Shown piece by piece: positions 34,610-44,670 of a stretch of DNA of 64,000 nt. Origin of the DNA: a virus; IMG/VR virus record IMGVR_UViG_3300025435_000010, positions 1 to 64,000 of that record; one strand, written 5' to 3'. The notes beneath the pieces were generated by a model that did no database searches, was not told where the DNA came from, and saw only the letters and a list, made by a program, of their open reading frames with translations. A program made the translations under genes and the position numbers. Position 1 is the first letter of the stretch. Each line of letters starts with the position of its first letter.

Positions 34610-35488
34610 TTAGTACTTATGAAGCTCGTTCAAGTAAAGATTGAATGTACGATCTCCACTTGCAGGTGTCTCAACGGACTCCTCGATTACAGGACGGTCA
34701 ATTGCTGTTGCAATTGTTTCTTCCCTAGCTTCGGTAACAAGATTGTTGAACCGCTCTTCTTCGGATTTTTCAAAAAGACCGAGTGTATAATCAAAGTTTT
34801 CTGCGATGAATTTAGCGGACTTAGAACCAAGCATCTTTTTCATATACTTCTTCTTGTCCTCATCAAGAGAAGAAACCTTCTTCTCGAGAATTAAACTCGC
34901 ATTGACATTGTTTAGTTGCTCGGTCAATGTGGCAACCCGCTTATTGGCGGTTTCAAGCTGCTGTGCAGCTTCATCAATCTTTGTTTTACCGTCAATAACG
35001 GCATCACGAATACTCTCTTGTGCGAGAGCCATGTCAACTGAGAGCATGTTGCGCATATCGGTTAAGACGTTTGCAGCACGCTTGTTGTTAACAGCTTCTT
35101 GAATATCGGCTACGGGGAGCTTCTCTTCAAGATAAAGTTCAAGGTAATTGCTTACCTGGTCAATCATTTGATTTTTAAAATTAGCAGCTTCAGTTGTAAG
35201 AGCATTTTCATACTTCTCAATAACAACTCTAAGCTTATTAGCACGATCAGCATCAATAGCGGCTACAACCTTATTGAGCTTACCGACATGATCAGCATCA
35301 ACAGCCTCTAAGAGAGTCTCAAGTTTCTTAGCATAATCTTCATCCTGTTCGTTAAGAGCCTTTTCTACATGAAGTCTTACTTTAGCGTCAACTGAAGCTT
35401 CGTAAGCTGATTCAATTTCCTTAAGAACGTCTTCTGTGAGAATGTCCTTTGTGGCGGCCTTGAGGAGTTCGGAGATATTGTTTTGCAT
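34610..35488 (-). CDS. gp22: Prohead core scaffold protein, gp22-like
   Basis: Acidic coiled coil, VSNYLE motif, position upstream of gp23. Confidence 0.8.
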   Translation of the reverse strand: MQNNISELLKAATKDILTEDVLKEIESAYEASVDAKVRLHVEKALNEQDEDYAKKLETLLEAVDADHVGKLNKVVAAIDADRANKLRVVIEKYENALTTEAANFKNQMIDQVSNYLELYLEEKLPVADIQEAVNNKRAANVLTDMRNMLSVDMALAQESIRDAVIDGKTKIDEAAQQLETANKRVATLTEQLNNVNASLILEKKVSSLDEDKKKYMKKMLGSKSAKFIAENFDYTLGLFEKSEEERFNNLVTEAREETIATAIDRPVIEESVETPASGDRTFNLYLNELHKY

Positions 35489-35493
35489 ATAAA

Positions 35494-35997
35494 TTATTTA
35501 GAATTTTGGATGGCTTTGTTAATAGCAGCTTTGAGCTTGCTTTCGACTGTACCCTGTAAATACTTATCGGCCTGGGCATAATTTTTCTGAGAAATGGCCT
35601 TTAAAAAGTTAGCAATGTTTGTTGATTCTTTACGTATATCTGATGTAGTTTTACTTGTACCTCTTGACTGAAGATAGGATTGAATAACATTTTTGATCTC
35701 GTCATAGTAATGCTCAAAAAGTGATTTAGCATTACTTCCGCCTTGAGCATGGAGGGTACGATCTGGCTCTTCTAAGATAACTATAACTTTACCGTTAATA
35801 TTAACCTCAAAATGTTCATTATCATCCTGATCGTAACCAAGACTATTAACAACAAAAATACCATGCTTTGTTTCAGCATCTTCCTCTTCAACGGGTTGAT
35901 TACTTTGAAGCTTCTTAAGCTTATCCTGAGCAGCTTGAATTTTTAATTTCGTAATATCCTGCTCTTTAGCTCTAATAGTCTGTGTGAGATCGGCCAT
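35494..35997 (-). CDS. Putative prohead core protein
   Basis: Late promoter; between gp21 and gp22. Confidence 0.6.
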   Translation of the reverse strand: MADLTQTIRAKEQDITKLKIQAAQDKLKKLQSNQPVEEEDAETKHGIFVVNSLGYDQDDNEHFEVNINGKVIVILEEPDRTLHAQGGSNAKSLFEHYYDEIKNVIQSYLQSRGTSKTTSDIRKESTNIANFLKAISQKNYAQADKYLQGTVESKLKAAINKAIQNSK

Positions 35998-36013
35998 ATA
36001 TAATTTATTTATG

Positions 36014-36676
36014 TTAGAGTTTAGATAAAAACGTTAAAATCTGTTCCTTTAAAAAGCTAGCAACATCATGTTTAGGTAAGCCACGAATACTCTTTTCAAA
36101 AGATTCGTATACTTCTTCAAACTTTCCATCCATACCGAGGACATATTGTTTGGATTCAAGAATACCATTGACAAATGCCTTAGGGCAACTTGGATCAGCT
36201 ACACAGTCAACAGCAATAAGACGCATTTCATTGACGCGGTTAATACCATCAGATTGCTCTTCAAGTTGACCAAGGGCACGACTCGACATACCAACCTTAA
36301 CACCGTCATTAATAAGTGAGCGGACAATTTGACCAACAGGAGTGGAAAGAACAATTGATTCACCGATAATAATATTACCATCCTTGCGTAAAGAGGTTAC
36401 CATGTGACAGGCTCTTTCGAGGTCAACTTCAGCTGAAGCAGGGTGATTTAATTCACCTAAAGCACGCTTTGGAATAACCATTTCTTGAACATAACGGTTA
36501 ACCTCGCGCTCCATGTCACTCTCTGTATAGATTCTTTTGTTCTTATTAACCTCTTCGCACGCCATATAAGGGCCACGAATTTTCATTACTGATTGACCTT
36601 TGAGGTTTTTTTGTTCTTCGATATATTCGAATTGCTCTTCTGAAGCTGGTGTTTCAACTAGTAATCTAAGTGACAT
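36014..36676 (-). CDS. gp21: Prohead protease, gp21 family
   Basis: NKNKRIY, ALGELNHP, GMSSRALG, DCVADPS. Confidence 0.95.
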   Translation of the reverse strand: MSLRLLVETPASEEQFEYIEEQKNLKGQSVMKIRGPYMACEEVNKNKRIYTESDMEREVNRYVQEMVIPKRALGELNHPASAEVDLERACHMVTSLRKDGNIIIGESIVLSTPVGQIVRSLINDGVKVGMSSRALGQLEEQSDGINRVNEMRLIAVDCVADPSCPKAFVNGILESKQYVLGMDGKFEEVYESFEKSIRGLPKHDVASFLKEQILTFLSKL

Positions 36677-36699
36677 ACAGATATTTATTGTCCGAATAG

Positions 36700-37158
36700 T
36701 TATTTATCTATACCTAATTCTTTTTCTGTTAAAATTAAGAAGTTATAACCATACTTCTGACACCACTTTCTAGCTGCTTCCCACTTTGCTTGATTTTGAG
36801 CAAAGCGAGCGGTTTCATAAACCATTGTCGACATACGCTTTCTACCTTTTACCGGTAATACGGTTTGAGCACTCGGCTTAATCTCAATGATATATTTTTT
36901 TATTATATTGCCCTCTTTTATTGCAACAACACCATCGGTGTGGTAGCGGTGTACCTTGCGATCTAGTGGACTGACATAAGGTATAATTACAGCTTCTGAC
37001 GCCCATTCAACAACGTTATCGTTATCATCACACCATCTAAAAAATTTCAACTCCCAGCCTGAACGATATACAGGATCTTCTTTACCGATATATTTTGCTT
37101 GGTTCTTTGGCTTAAAGACACCTTGTTTAAATTTACCCTTACCGTTGAGAGGGATCAT
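36700..37158 (-). CDS. gp4: Head completion nuclease, gp4 family
   Basis: YRSGWE..F..WCD, WASE, IPY.SP, EIKP, NQAKWEAA. Confidence 0.92.
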   Translation of the reverse strand: MIPLNGKGKFKQGVFKPKNQAKYIGKEDPVYRSGWELKFFRWCDDNDNVVEWASEAVIIPYVSPLDRKVHRYHTDGVVAIKEGNIIKKYIIEIKPSAQTVLPVKGRKRMSTMVYETARFAQNQAKWEAARKWCQKYGYNFLILTEKELGIDK

Positions 37159-37160
37159 AA

Positions 37161-38243
37161 TTAACCAACGAAGAACATCGGAGGCATAGCATCGCCCATA
37201 CCGGGAGAGGCACCTGTAAAGAGTTGATCTTCGAGTTTTTTCTTCTCTTCTAAACCTTGATTTAAAATATCGTTGTAGTTAATTGAGCCACCTCCAAAGA
37301 GAGTCGTGCCGGTATACTTGCCTCTAACATTACTAATGGCAATCTTACTCAATGCTAGAGCATATTGGTATACCCACGGCTCCTTAATAACATCCCTTAA
37401 AGGTCTTTCAACATAACATGCAACAGTGCCCCAGAATTGACCACTTGATCCAGAGATATGCGGTGGTGGATAGAAAGTAAGAAGTTGTGTACGCGGATCA
37501 AAAGTAAACGCACGACGTGTAGCTAATAATTTATCTCTTACCTCAAGCCAGTTTTTTAATGTATACCAACTAATAAGATCGAATCCATAATTACCCATCG
37601 CGTAGCTAAAATATGTCTGCTGGGCAAGAGTCTGTTCAATAGTAAATAACGAATTAATACCATCTGATGTACCTTCTTCAAAATTATAGATATCAATGAC
37701 TTTTCTATAATCCATTGTATCATAATCAAAACTGTTTACGTATTTGGTCTGATCAGTTGTCGATGGGTTGAAATATTGAGTTAATGTACTGTTAAAGTTT
37801 AATACGCTAAGATATGCTGATGTTGTTAAGAGTTGATTCTGAAATATTCCTGTCGCGTAAATGCTTGAAAGTGTTGACGACGTGCTAAATGTTGCTGCAG
37901 GTATTGTTGATGTTGCGGCGTAAACAGTCGATGCAATAGGTGGATTAGTACGTGAGAAGTTTGGTGTTATGCTGAATAAGTCGTCAAGCTTAATACCAAC
38001 ACCATCAACATATAAATTAGAATTAAAGACGATATACTCCTCTGTATAACCGGCGTACTTAGTGAATAATTCACAGGCTTGTGATATAAATTCAAATAAT
38101 TGATCTTGATGAATTTCTATATTAATCATTGGTGCTCCAAGAGCACGTGTAATACGATCACCTAATCTACTAAAAGAATTAATTCTACTAGTTAAATTAG
38201 TACTTTGAAAAGCAGAAATTGGTGTTACGGCAGAGCAATCCAT
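37161..38243 (-). CDS. gp13: Neck protein, gp13 family
   Basis: RALGAPMINIEI..DQ, WVYQYALAL, GKY.G..L.GG, FFVG. Confidence 0.88.
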   Translation of the reverse strand: MDCSAVTPISAFQSTNLTSRINSFSRLGDRITRALGAPMINIEIHQDQLFEFISQACELFTKYAGYTEEYIVFNSNLYVDGVGIKLDDLFSITPNFSRTNPPIASTVYAATSTIPAATFSTSSTLSSIYATGIFQNQLLTTSAYLSVLNFNSTLTQYFNPSTTDQTKYVNSFDYDTMDYRKVIDIYNFEEGTSDGINSLFTIEQTLAQQTYFSYAMGNYGFDLISWYTLKNWLEVRDKLLATRRAFTFDPRTQLLTFYPPPHISGSSGQFWGTVACYVERPLRDVIKEPWVYQYALALSKIAISNVRGKYTGTTLFGGGSINYNDILNQGLEEKKKLEDQLFTGASPGMGDAMPPMFFVG

Positions 38244-38254
38244 AACATTATTTA

Positions 38255-40018
38255 TTAAGCAGGAGGCGCCTCAGCGGCAGGAGCTGCAGCGCCAGCTTCA
38301 GGTGCTGCCCCAGCTTCAGGAGGTGCTTCCTCGCCACCTGTCGGACCTGGACCGAATGCTGGTGGTGTACCGGAGGGGGCACTTCCTCCTCCACCAGCGG
38401 TAGCTCCAGTTCCGGGAGCTGCAAGAGATCCAGCTTCACGCCAATCAGGCCCGGTATTTTCAATTTGAGCTAATTCCCACATAAGTTCTTTATCCTTACG
38501 TAAGAACTCTCTATTTGCCATAACTTCGGAATCTGACCAACCGAGATATTTCTTTTGAGCGTACGTCTTTGAAACAAAATCACTCTGAGTGATAGTATTA
38601 AAATTTTCAGCTCTAAGTTGAAATTTTTGTTGCTCTCTTAATTCGTAAAAATTTGTTGGGACGTTAAAGGTGAGGTCAATATGAACATCTCTCAACTTCA
38701 TCTCCTCATAAATGCCTTTAAGCTTGAGATGAGTTACAAATCCATTCTTTAAACCTGATGCAAATCGTTGTTGTTGACGAATAACAAAGCGTGCGAATTT
38801 AAGCTCTTCTCTTAAAATATCAGCTCCATCTTTGTATGGATCCTCTGGATTAAGACGAGAGGAAGGTACTTTAAGAGACTTATAAAGCTTCTTAACAAAG
38901 TACATTAAATCAGTAAGCTCACCAAGGTTAGCACCACCGGCAAGTTGTGTAACTGATGTCCCCTCTGAGCCTGCACGCTTGGCAAACCAAAAGCTATCAA
39001 GCATGGATTGGGGATTAAACTTCTGTACTGTAGCTCCTTGATTAGCATCATACGTTCTCTTTGACCAGTAGTTGGTCATGAGTTTGCGTAGATAAGCCTC
39101 GGCCTTAGGGGGAGCCATATTACCAACATCAACATTAAAGACAAGACGTTCAGGCGCCCTGACCAAGCGATAGATTACAATTGAATCTTCAATTAAGCTT
39201 AGCTGACGATAAGCACGTCTTGCATTTTCAATAAATGGTAGTCTTAAATTTTTATTTTCATTCCAGATACCAGAATTGACATATGTAACCTGATTGATAT
39301 CCATTGGTACGAGCTCTGTTCTCGCTATTTTGCCAGGATTTTTAGCATCATAAATAGGCTTTCTAAGAAGATAGCCTTTTACGATCATATTCTGTACATT
39401 TTCAAATACCGGATCAATTACGTCTGACGGAATCGAGACAACACCTAGAATACCTTCTTTTGTATGTTGTTTGTGAATGATATGCTCCCAATAAATCTCA
39501 GCATCAACAAGCATTTGACGGACATATTCCCAGCCTTTATGTTCAAGATCAAAATAACCAATATACTTTTGAAATTCTCTTTTAACTTTTGCTTTTTGTG
39601 TTTCAGATAATCCAGAATCAACAAAATTAAGCTTAACTATTTCGCCCTGATCGTCTTTATTAATAAATTCATCGCAGATTTCATCTAATGCGTCAGCAAC
39701 CTCTGAATAGGCAGCCATAACACGGTAATCCATGAGTCGACGACCTTTATCCGGTTGGATATTGGCGTACATGAAGTCATGATAATCCTTATTCTGTAGA
39801 ATACTTGCATACTGATCATCTGTCATCGAGATCGATGACGAGACAGACTGGCGTGTGAGAGCGCCTATCCTATCAGTACCTTTACCGTAGAAGTTTTCAT
39901 ACTTTGGGTTAAGAGATTTAATCTTATCGTTTATATCATAAGACTGGTATGGGAGTTTTGAAGAAACATACTTCATTAACTCCCTTCCAAATGTACTTTC
40001 TCTATTAGAATCTACCAT
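38255..40018 (-). CDS. gp20: Portal protein, gp20 family
   Basis: LIEDSIVIYRLVRAPER.VF.VDVGNM...KAE.Y, SLKVP.SRL, REELKF. Confidence 0.96.
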   Translation of the reverse strand: MVDSNRESTFGRELMKYVSSKLPYQSYDINDKIKSLNPKYENFYGKGTDRIGALTRQSVSSSISMTDDQYASILQNKDYHDFMYANIQPDKGRRLMDYRVMAAYSEVADALDEICDEFINKDDQGEIVKLNFVDSGLSETQKAKVKREFQKYIGYFDLEHKGWEYVRQMLVDAEIYWEHIIHKQHTKEGILGVVSIPSDVIDPVFENVQNMIVKGYLLRKPIYDAKNPGKIARTELVPMDINQVTYVNSGIWNENKNLRLPFIENARRAYRQLSLIEDSIVIYRLVRAPERLVFNVDVGNMAPPKAEAYLRKLMTNYWSKRTYDANQGATVQKFNPQSMLDSFWFAKRAGSEGTSVTQLAGGANLGELTDLMYFVKKLYKSLKVPSSRLNPEDPYKDGADILREELKFARFVIRQQQRFASGLKNGFVTHLKLKGIYEEMKLRDVHIDLTFNVPTNFYELREQQKFQLRAENFNTITQSDFVSKTYAQKKYLGWSDSEVMANREFLRKDKELMWELAQIENTGPDWREAGSLAAPGTGATAGGGGSAPSGTPPAFGPGPTGGEEAPPEAGAAPEAGAAAPAAEAPPA

Positions 40019-40062
40019 AGGTCAACACGATTACTTAATGAGTATTTAGTAGAATATCAAAT

Positions 40063-40893
40063 TTATAAATATAAATTTGCATTCGCATTTGATGTTGTGT
40101 ATGTTACACTTGGTGTTATTTGCGGATACGCGTATGTTGATAGCTTCTCCACCTCTGTAACCAGTCCTGAGCTAGTATAAGTGAAGTTAGTAGCTGTAAG
40201 TTGATTAACAGATGTAAGCACATCTACAGCATAGAAATTACTATCAATATAAAAGATATTACCAACGGGATCTTGAGCTGCGGGGAACAACCACCCTTTA
40301 ATAGTAAATGAAGTATCACCGGAAATTTTATATTTTTCATTTGCTGTTATATCTGTAGGGTAGTTTAAATTAACGGATCCACTCCAGAGTACCTCACTAC
40401 GAATTTCTTGCGGAATAGCAAAGCCGGATGATGATAAGTCAAGAGGTACTTTCCACGATATAATAATATATGGATTATTGTAGGGGATAAAATTAGATAA
40501 AATTTGATCCATGTCAGTCTGAAATTTTGTCAAAATAGACATATTAACAGTAATATTGACTGGTACGGGACTGTTATAATGAATAGAAGTACTACCGTCA
40601 GTAGCTTCGCTTGTTCCACTTGAAAAGTAATAACCGTTTATCTTGTTAAAAACACGTGTTTCATCTCTCGAGACATTGCTAATGCTGACAGAAACGACAG
40701 GTACAGTAATATTTTGAGCTAAATTGACAAGATCGTAAAGCACACGTTGCTTTGGTGCATATACGTATCGAACTTGTACTTTATTCTGAGCTACACGGTT
40801 TTTATCATACCTATTAATAATGATATTATCAAACGCAGTGACGAACTGCGTTAAGAGGTCCTTAATTTCAAAATGATAGGTCTGAAGCTTCAC
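40063..40893 (-). CDS. gp15: Tail sheath stabiliser / terminator, gp15 family
   Basis: YAPKQR, PVPVNI...SI..K...D..QIL..FIPY.NP, FTIKGWLF; GTG start. Confidence 0.82.
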   Translation of the reverse strand: MKLQTYHFEIKDLLTQFVTAFDNIIINRYDKNRVAQNKVQVRYVYAPKQRVLYDLVNLAQNITVPVVSVSISNVSRDETRVFNKINGYYFSSGTSEATDGSTSIHYNSPVPVNITVNMSILTKFQTDMDQILSNFIPYNNPYIIISWKVPLDLSSSGFAIPQEIRSEVLWSGSVNLNYPTDITANEKYKISGDTSFTIKGWLFPAAQDPVGNIFYIDSNFYAVDVLTSVNQLTATNFTYTSSGLVTEVEKLSTYAYPQITPSVTYTTSNANANLYL

Positions 40894-40905
40894 TATAGAT
40901 ATTTA

Positions 40906-42528
40906 TCAATGAATACGCTCGATAAAATATTTTGGTAACTTAGACTTGGCTCTTTTAACAGTATTAATAAAATTACCATCAAGTATATATGTACTCGAGT
41001 AATCATCTTTATTACGTGTAGCACGGCCTGAGGCTTGAACCACGGCATTAAGCATTTTGTTTTCGTACCAGTCCTTATCTAATTCAAATAACTTTTTAAT
41101 ACGCTTTGACGAGAGAGGTAAGAAAGGTGATTTAACAATAATTTGAAATCTAGCTAGATTATCTTTAAGATCGATACCATACACCAGGGAAGGTGAAACG
41201 AGAATAGTGGGGTCATTATTCTCAGTATGTATCTTCAATATATCTTCATTAGTATTATTTGTATCTCTGCAGAGTAAACGGTCATTCTTTATTCTTTCCT
41301 TAATGAAGGATGTTATATCGTTAGAGTGTGTATGTATAATGCCTTTGTCAGCTTTATGATGCTCAATAATAGTTTTAATTTGATCGCAAATACCAGGTAA
41401 TGCATTAGCTAGAGTTTTGTAATTAAGTTTATATTTTGAAGAAATATAAATTGGTGACTTTGCTGGTTCAAATGTACTATCTACTTCAATATACTCATAG
41501 TCAGTAATACCGAGAGATTTTGCAAAATGCTTGTGATCAATAATAGTCGCAGACATTAATACAACTCTTTCTCCGTGATTGAAAATATATTTTGATAGAG
41601 AGTAAGCTCTAAGCGGGGTAAGAATAACACGCTTTGAATCAATATCGATTACAAATTCACAATCCTGCCAGTGAGAATTTATAATCGTAAGGGACCGGTG
41701 TATGTTCTTAAGAAATTGATACTTTATTTTTTCGGTCTGCGTTATTAACTTTTTATTTGACCTATTCAAGAAAATATTAAGCTCGTCAGATATTTTTTCA
41801 ATTAAATTACTAGTCCAAATATGAGCACGGTCTCTGTTATCAGTTACCAGTACTTCATAGGGTATGTTATAATTGCTTAGCTTTTCATAACTAATTTCTG
41901 CAGAAAATTGACGAATGAGCTCATCTTCAAGTTCTGACGCTTCATCGCATATCAAAAAATTCTTTTGCTTAATATGAGATGGTAGTGATAAGAACATTTT
42001 ATAATTAAGAACGGCAAACTGCGATAACATCGCTTCATTACGTGCATTATAATAAGGACATCTATTTTCCACCCAACAACTATCACGCAACGTAGGTGCA
42101 AACGTGCAGGGAGCTAACTCCGCATCGTAGTTCTTATCAATATCGCAGATGTAATTTGTCTTTCCCTTTAGTGCATCTGTACCCTTAAACAGTTCTTGAT
42201 ATTGATCTTGTAATGATTTGGTTATAGTTAAAGCAAATGTACCAAAAGCGGGTTCATCTTTACATTCTTTTTCATAAGAATAATTCCCGTCAAAGTCGAC
42301 CCTATATGCATCGTAATTGCGAATTAATTGCTTAAACGTTTCACTAGGTAAATCGCTTGTATTAGCAAGAGTCTTAGCTAAAAAGCTCTTGCCCGAGCCT
42401 GTAGGGGCACAGCAAATAACAAACTTCTTACCCCCGCTAAAAGCTTTCTCTATCTTATTAATTAAATTTACCTGAAGCTTACTCGGGGTAAAATCACTAG
42501 GAAACTGCGATATATAACTAGTCGTCAC
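40906..42528 (-). CDS. DinG/Rad3-like SF2 helicase with putative Fe-S cluster
   Basis: APTGSGKS, four Cys, DEAS, MSAT, GID, QASGRATR. Confidence 0.88.
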   Translation of the reverse strand: MTTSYISQFPSDFTPSKLQVNLINKIEKAFSGGKKFVICCAPTGSGKSFLAKTLANTSDLPSETFKQLIRNYDAYRVDFDGNYSYEKECKDEPAFGTFALTITKSLQDQYQELFKGTDALKGKTNYICDIDKNYDAELAPCTFAPTLRDSCWVENRCPYYNARNEAMLSQFAVLNYKMFLSLPSHIKQKNFLICDEASELEDELIRQFSAEISYEKLSNYNIPYEVLVTDNRDRAHIWTSNLIEKISDELNIFLNRSNKKLITQTEKIKYQFLKNIHRSLTIINSHWQDCEFVIDIDSKRVILTPLRAYSLSKYIFNHGERVVLMSATIIDHKHFAKSLGITDYEYIEVDSTFEPAKSPIYISSKYKLNYKTLANALPGICDQIKTIIEHHKADKGIIHTHSNDITSFIKERIKNDRLLCRDTNNTNEDILKIHTENNDPTILVSPSLVYGIDLKDNLARFQIIVKSPFLPLSSKRIKKLFELDKDWYENKMLNAVVQASGRATRNKDDYSSTYILDGNFINTVKRAKSKLPKYFIERIH

Positions 42529-42545
42529 GACTTGATTATACTATA

Positions 42546-42893
42546 TCAATTAAAATTAGCAATTACCTTTTTATTAAAAAATTTAGATGTCTTGAGTAAT
42601 TTAATTTTGTTTGTCTGCTCTCTTATTGCGCTATTAGATAAGCAGAATGCATCTAAAGTATAATCAAATTCAATGCTAGTATCTGTACTTGAGATAGCAA
42701 AAGGATACGGGAGTTCATATAAAACTTTTTTATTTTCTTTCTCTAAGCCAAGAAGAGTGAAAATACAAAAGAAATCTTTAATACAAAAAAGTTGCAATTT
42801 CCCTTGCTTTACTGTCTTATTATCAACAGTAAACGAAGCCTTTAGTAAGAGAAAGGGCTTTATAATTTGTTCGATTTCTTCTATAGATGTCAT
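42546..42893 (-). CDS. Hypothetical protein
   Basis: ORF track; overlaps the upstream stop. Confidence 0.7.
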   Translation of the reverse strand: MTSIEEIEQIIKPFLLLKASFTVDNKTVKQGKLQLFCIKDFFCIFTLLGLEKENKKVLYELPYPFAISSTDTSIEFDYTLDAFCLSNSAIREQTNKIKLLKTSKFFNKKVIANFN

Positions 42894-43268
42894 GAGTTCA
42901 TAAAGCTTACTTTTTGTGGAGCTGAAAGTCCAGCAAGCTTTTCATTAAAAAAATTCCAAAATGTCTTATTTGCAGGTATAACCTGTATAAGATCGCAAGC
43001 TATCATATTAATACATCGATAGTCTTGCATAAAAATGTCCCAAGTGATAATGAGATCTTTCATATTAGGGTCAAACTTAGGTATATTAATGGCACGTTTA
43101 TAGTTTAACGCTAATCTACCCTCAGGGCTATTAAGCAAAGTTAAAGAATTCGTACAAAGCATTCGTCTTGTTAATCCAGCGCCCGGTTTCAGACGGCGGC
43201 GATTAAACTTTATTTCGACGACGTTGTTTAGCAGCAGACTTTTTAAGGTGGGCAGCGACGCTTTCATT
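42890..43268 (-). CDS. WYL_2 / SH3-like barrel protein (DUF2693-like)
   Basis: V.IKF.R...R.MLCT...WD....YR motif; start approximate (MKASLP). Confidence 0.6.
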
Positions 43269-43676
43269 ATCATCTCCTCGTAGTGAACAGATACCAAAGA
43301 TACGTTGCTCGTTTAAGAAAATACCTTTCTTAAGAGTGCCGTAACCCTCAATATCGATATTAGCAACCGGGACACCTAGATTGTTAGGAAAACAGACATA
43401 TTCACCTTTCTTTGCATATCTAACATTAGGCCCTGCGAGGATTACCTCGCCAATTCTCCACGCTTTTGTATCAGTATTAACGGGAACATGTAGACCATTT
43501 CTAATAATACTAGATCCGTCTTCTGTTTCGTCAACAAAAGTACAGAGTAAAATATCATCAAGAACTGTCTTGAGGTTATACCCGTAAAACACAGAATTAA
43601 AAGAGTTTTTTGGGAGTGAAGAAAAGTCAATTAAACTCTTCGGGAGAGGTCCAAGCATGTCGATATCGGCTACCAT
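43203..43676 (-). CDS. GroES-like co-chaperonin (T4 gp31 analogue)
   Basis: DDILL...GL..P...IGEVILAGP...KKGEYV.F...LNEQRIFG. Confidence 0.75.
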   Translation of the reverse strand: MVADIDMLGPLPKSLIDFSSLPKNSFNSVFYGYNLKTVLDDILLCTFVDETEDGSSIIRNGLHVPVNTDTKAWRIGEVILAGPNVRYAKKGEYVCFPNNLGVPVANIDIEGYGTLKKGIFLNEQRIFGICSLRGDDNESVAAHLKKSAAKQRRRNKV

Positions 43677-43682
43677 ATACGT

Positions 43683-44054
43683 TTAATTAGATAGGTTTTC
43701 TGAAAATGCAATGTATTGATTTATTTCTCTCTTTGAAAGCTCAAGATTATTAGCAAGCATTTCAATGTCATTATTTTCTTCTTTTTTTTCTTCTTTAACT
43801 TTCTTTATATAAGATATTCGCTTTGAGGTGACTCTTGGCATTACCGCGACAAATAAGCTATACAGATCTTTTTTGTCGTTAAAAACGCCAATGTATTTGT
43901 TTAGTATATTGCTAAATGTAGCAATAGATGGCGAGTACATGCTACACCATCTATTGAGCATATAGGGCGAAAAGTTGCTCTCTTCGTCTACAGAGTTAAA
44001 ACAAGTTTTCTTTTTAGAAAAGAGTGTACTCGATATAAAATCAAATATCGTCAT
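43683..44054 (-). CDS. Clamp-loader small subunit-like (gp62)
   Basis: FDFI...FSPYMLNRW.S...YIKK...LS.RE pattern. Confidence 0.65.
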   Translation of the reverse strand: MTIFDFISSTLFSKKKTCFNSVDEESNFSPYMLNRWCSMYSPSIATFSNILNKYIGVFNDKKDLYSLFVAVMPRVTSKRISYIKKVKEEKKEENNDIEMLANNLELSKREINQYIAFSENLSN

Positions 44055-44638
44055 TAACTAATGACTTTTGTAGTTGCAAGAAAGATATCTTCTACCATTG
44101 CATAGAAGATTTCGATAATATCTCTCATAAACTGCTCAGCTTCTGTATCACCTAACTTAGTCGAAAAAGCAAATGCTGGGGCTTTCTTACCAGCTTCTAT
44201 ATTAATACCGGTATGACCGAGTGCTACATTATTCTTCGAATAGGTAATACTAACACTACACTTACCCTTCATCTGTGTAACGCCGCCTTGGTTATGCTCC
44301 TTATGAACCATGAGGTCGTCTCCGTCAACTTCAATAGGTGCTCTAAGATACTTGCTACTAAGGATATTAGCAATCTGCGTATTAAGAAGACGTTGAAACG
44401 CTACAGCGCCAAAAGGGTCTAAGTTAGGGATCTCCCAACAGAAGTTAATTGCATCGTCACTGTAGATATAATCAGCATTAAGGATATCTTCATTGTCAAT
44501 CATACCTTCAGCCTCCACTTTCATAGGAGCTCTAAAAGCTACAATGTTACCAATGGGCAATGTATTCTTACGAAAATATTTGTAAGCAAAGCGATTGTGA
44601 ATGAGATCTCCGTCGTATAATGGTACGTTAATAATCAT
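44054..44638 (-). CDS. DUF366-family protein (lipoate/biotin-ligase-like fold)
   Basis: YDG..I...FAY, IVAFR, D.ED, QRL, GDDL, K.SVSI, H.GIN. Confidence 0.75.
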   Translation of the reverse strand: MIINVPLYDGDLIHNRFAYKYFRKNTLPIGNIVAFRAPMKVEAEGMIDNEDILNADYIYSDDAINFCWEIPNLDPFGAVAFQRLLNTQIANILSSKYLRAPIEVDGDDLMVHKEHNQGGVTQMKGKCSVSITYSKNNVALGHTGINIEAGKKAPAFAFSTKLGDTEAEQFMRDIIEIFYAMVEDIFLATTKVIS

Positions 44639-44670
44639 ATGCTATAATAATAACTGGTTAACTTGATTAA

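Noticed and set aside
32863-35311. Alternative-frame ORFs over gp23/gp22 (32863, 33355, 33715, 34249, 34619, 34806, 35099)
   Set aside because: By-products of strong codon bias in the capsid and scaffold genes.
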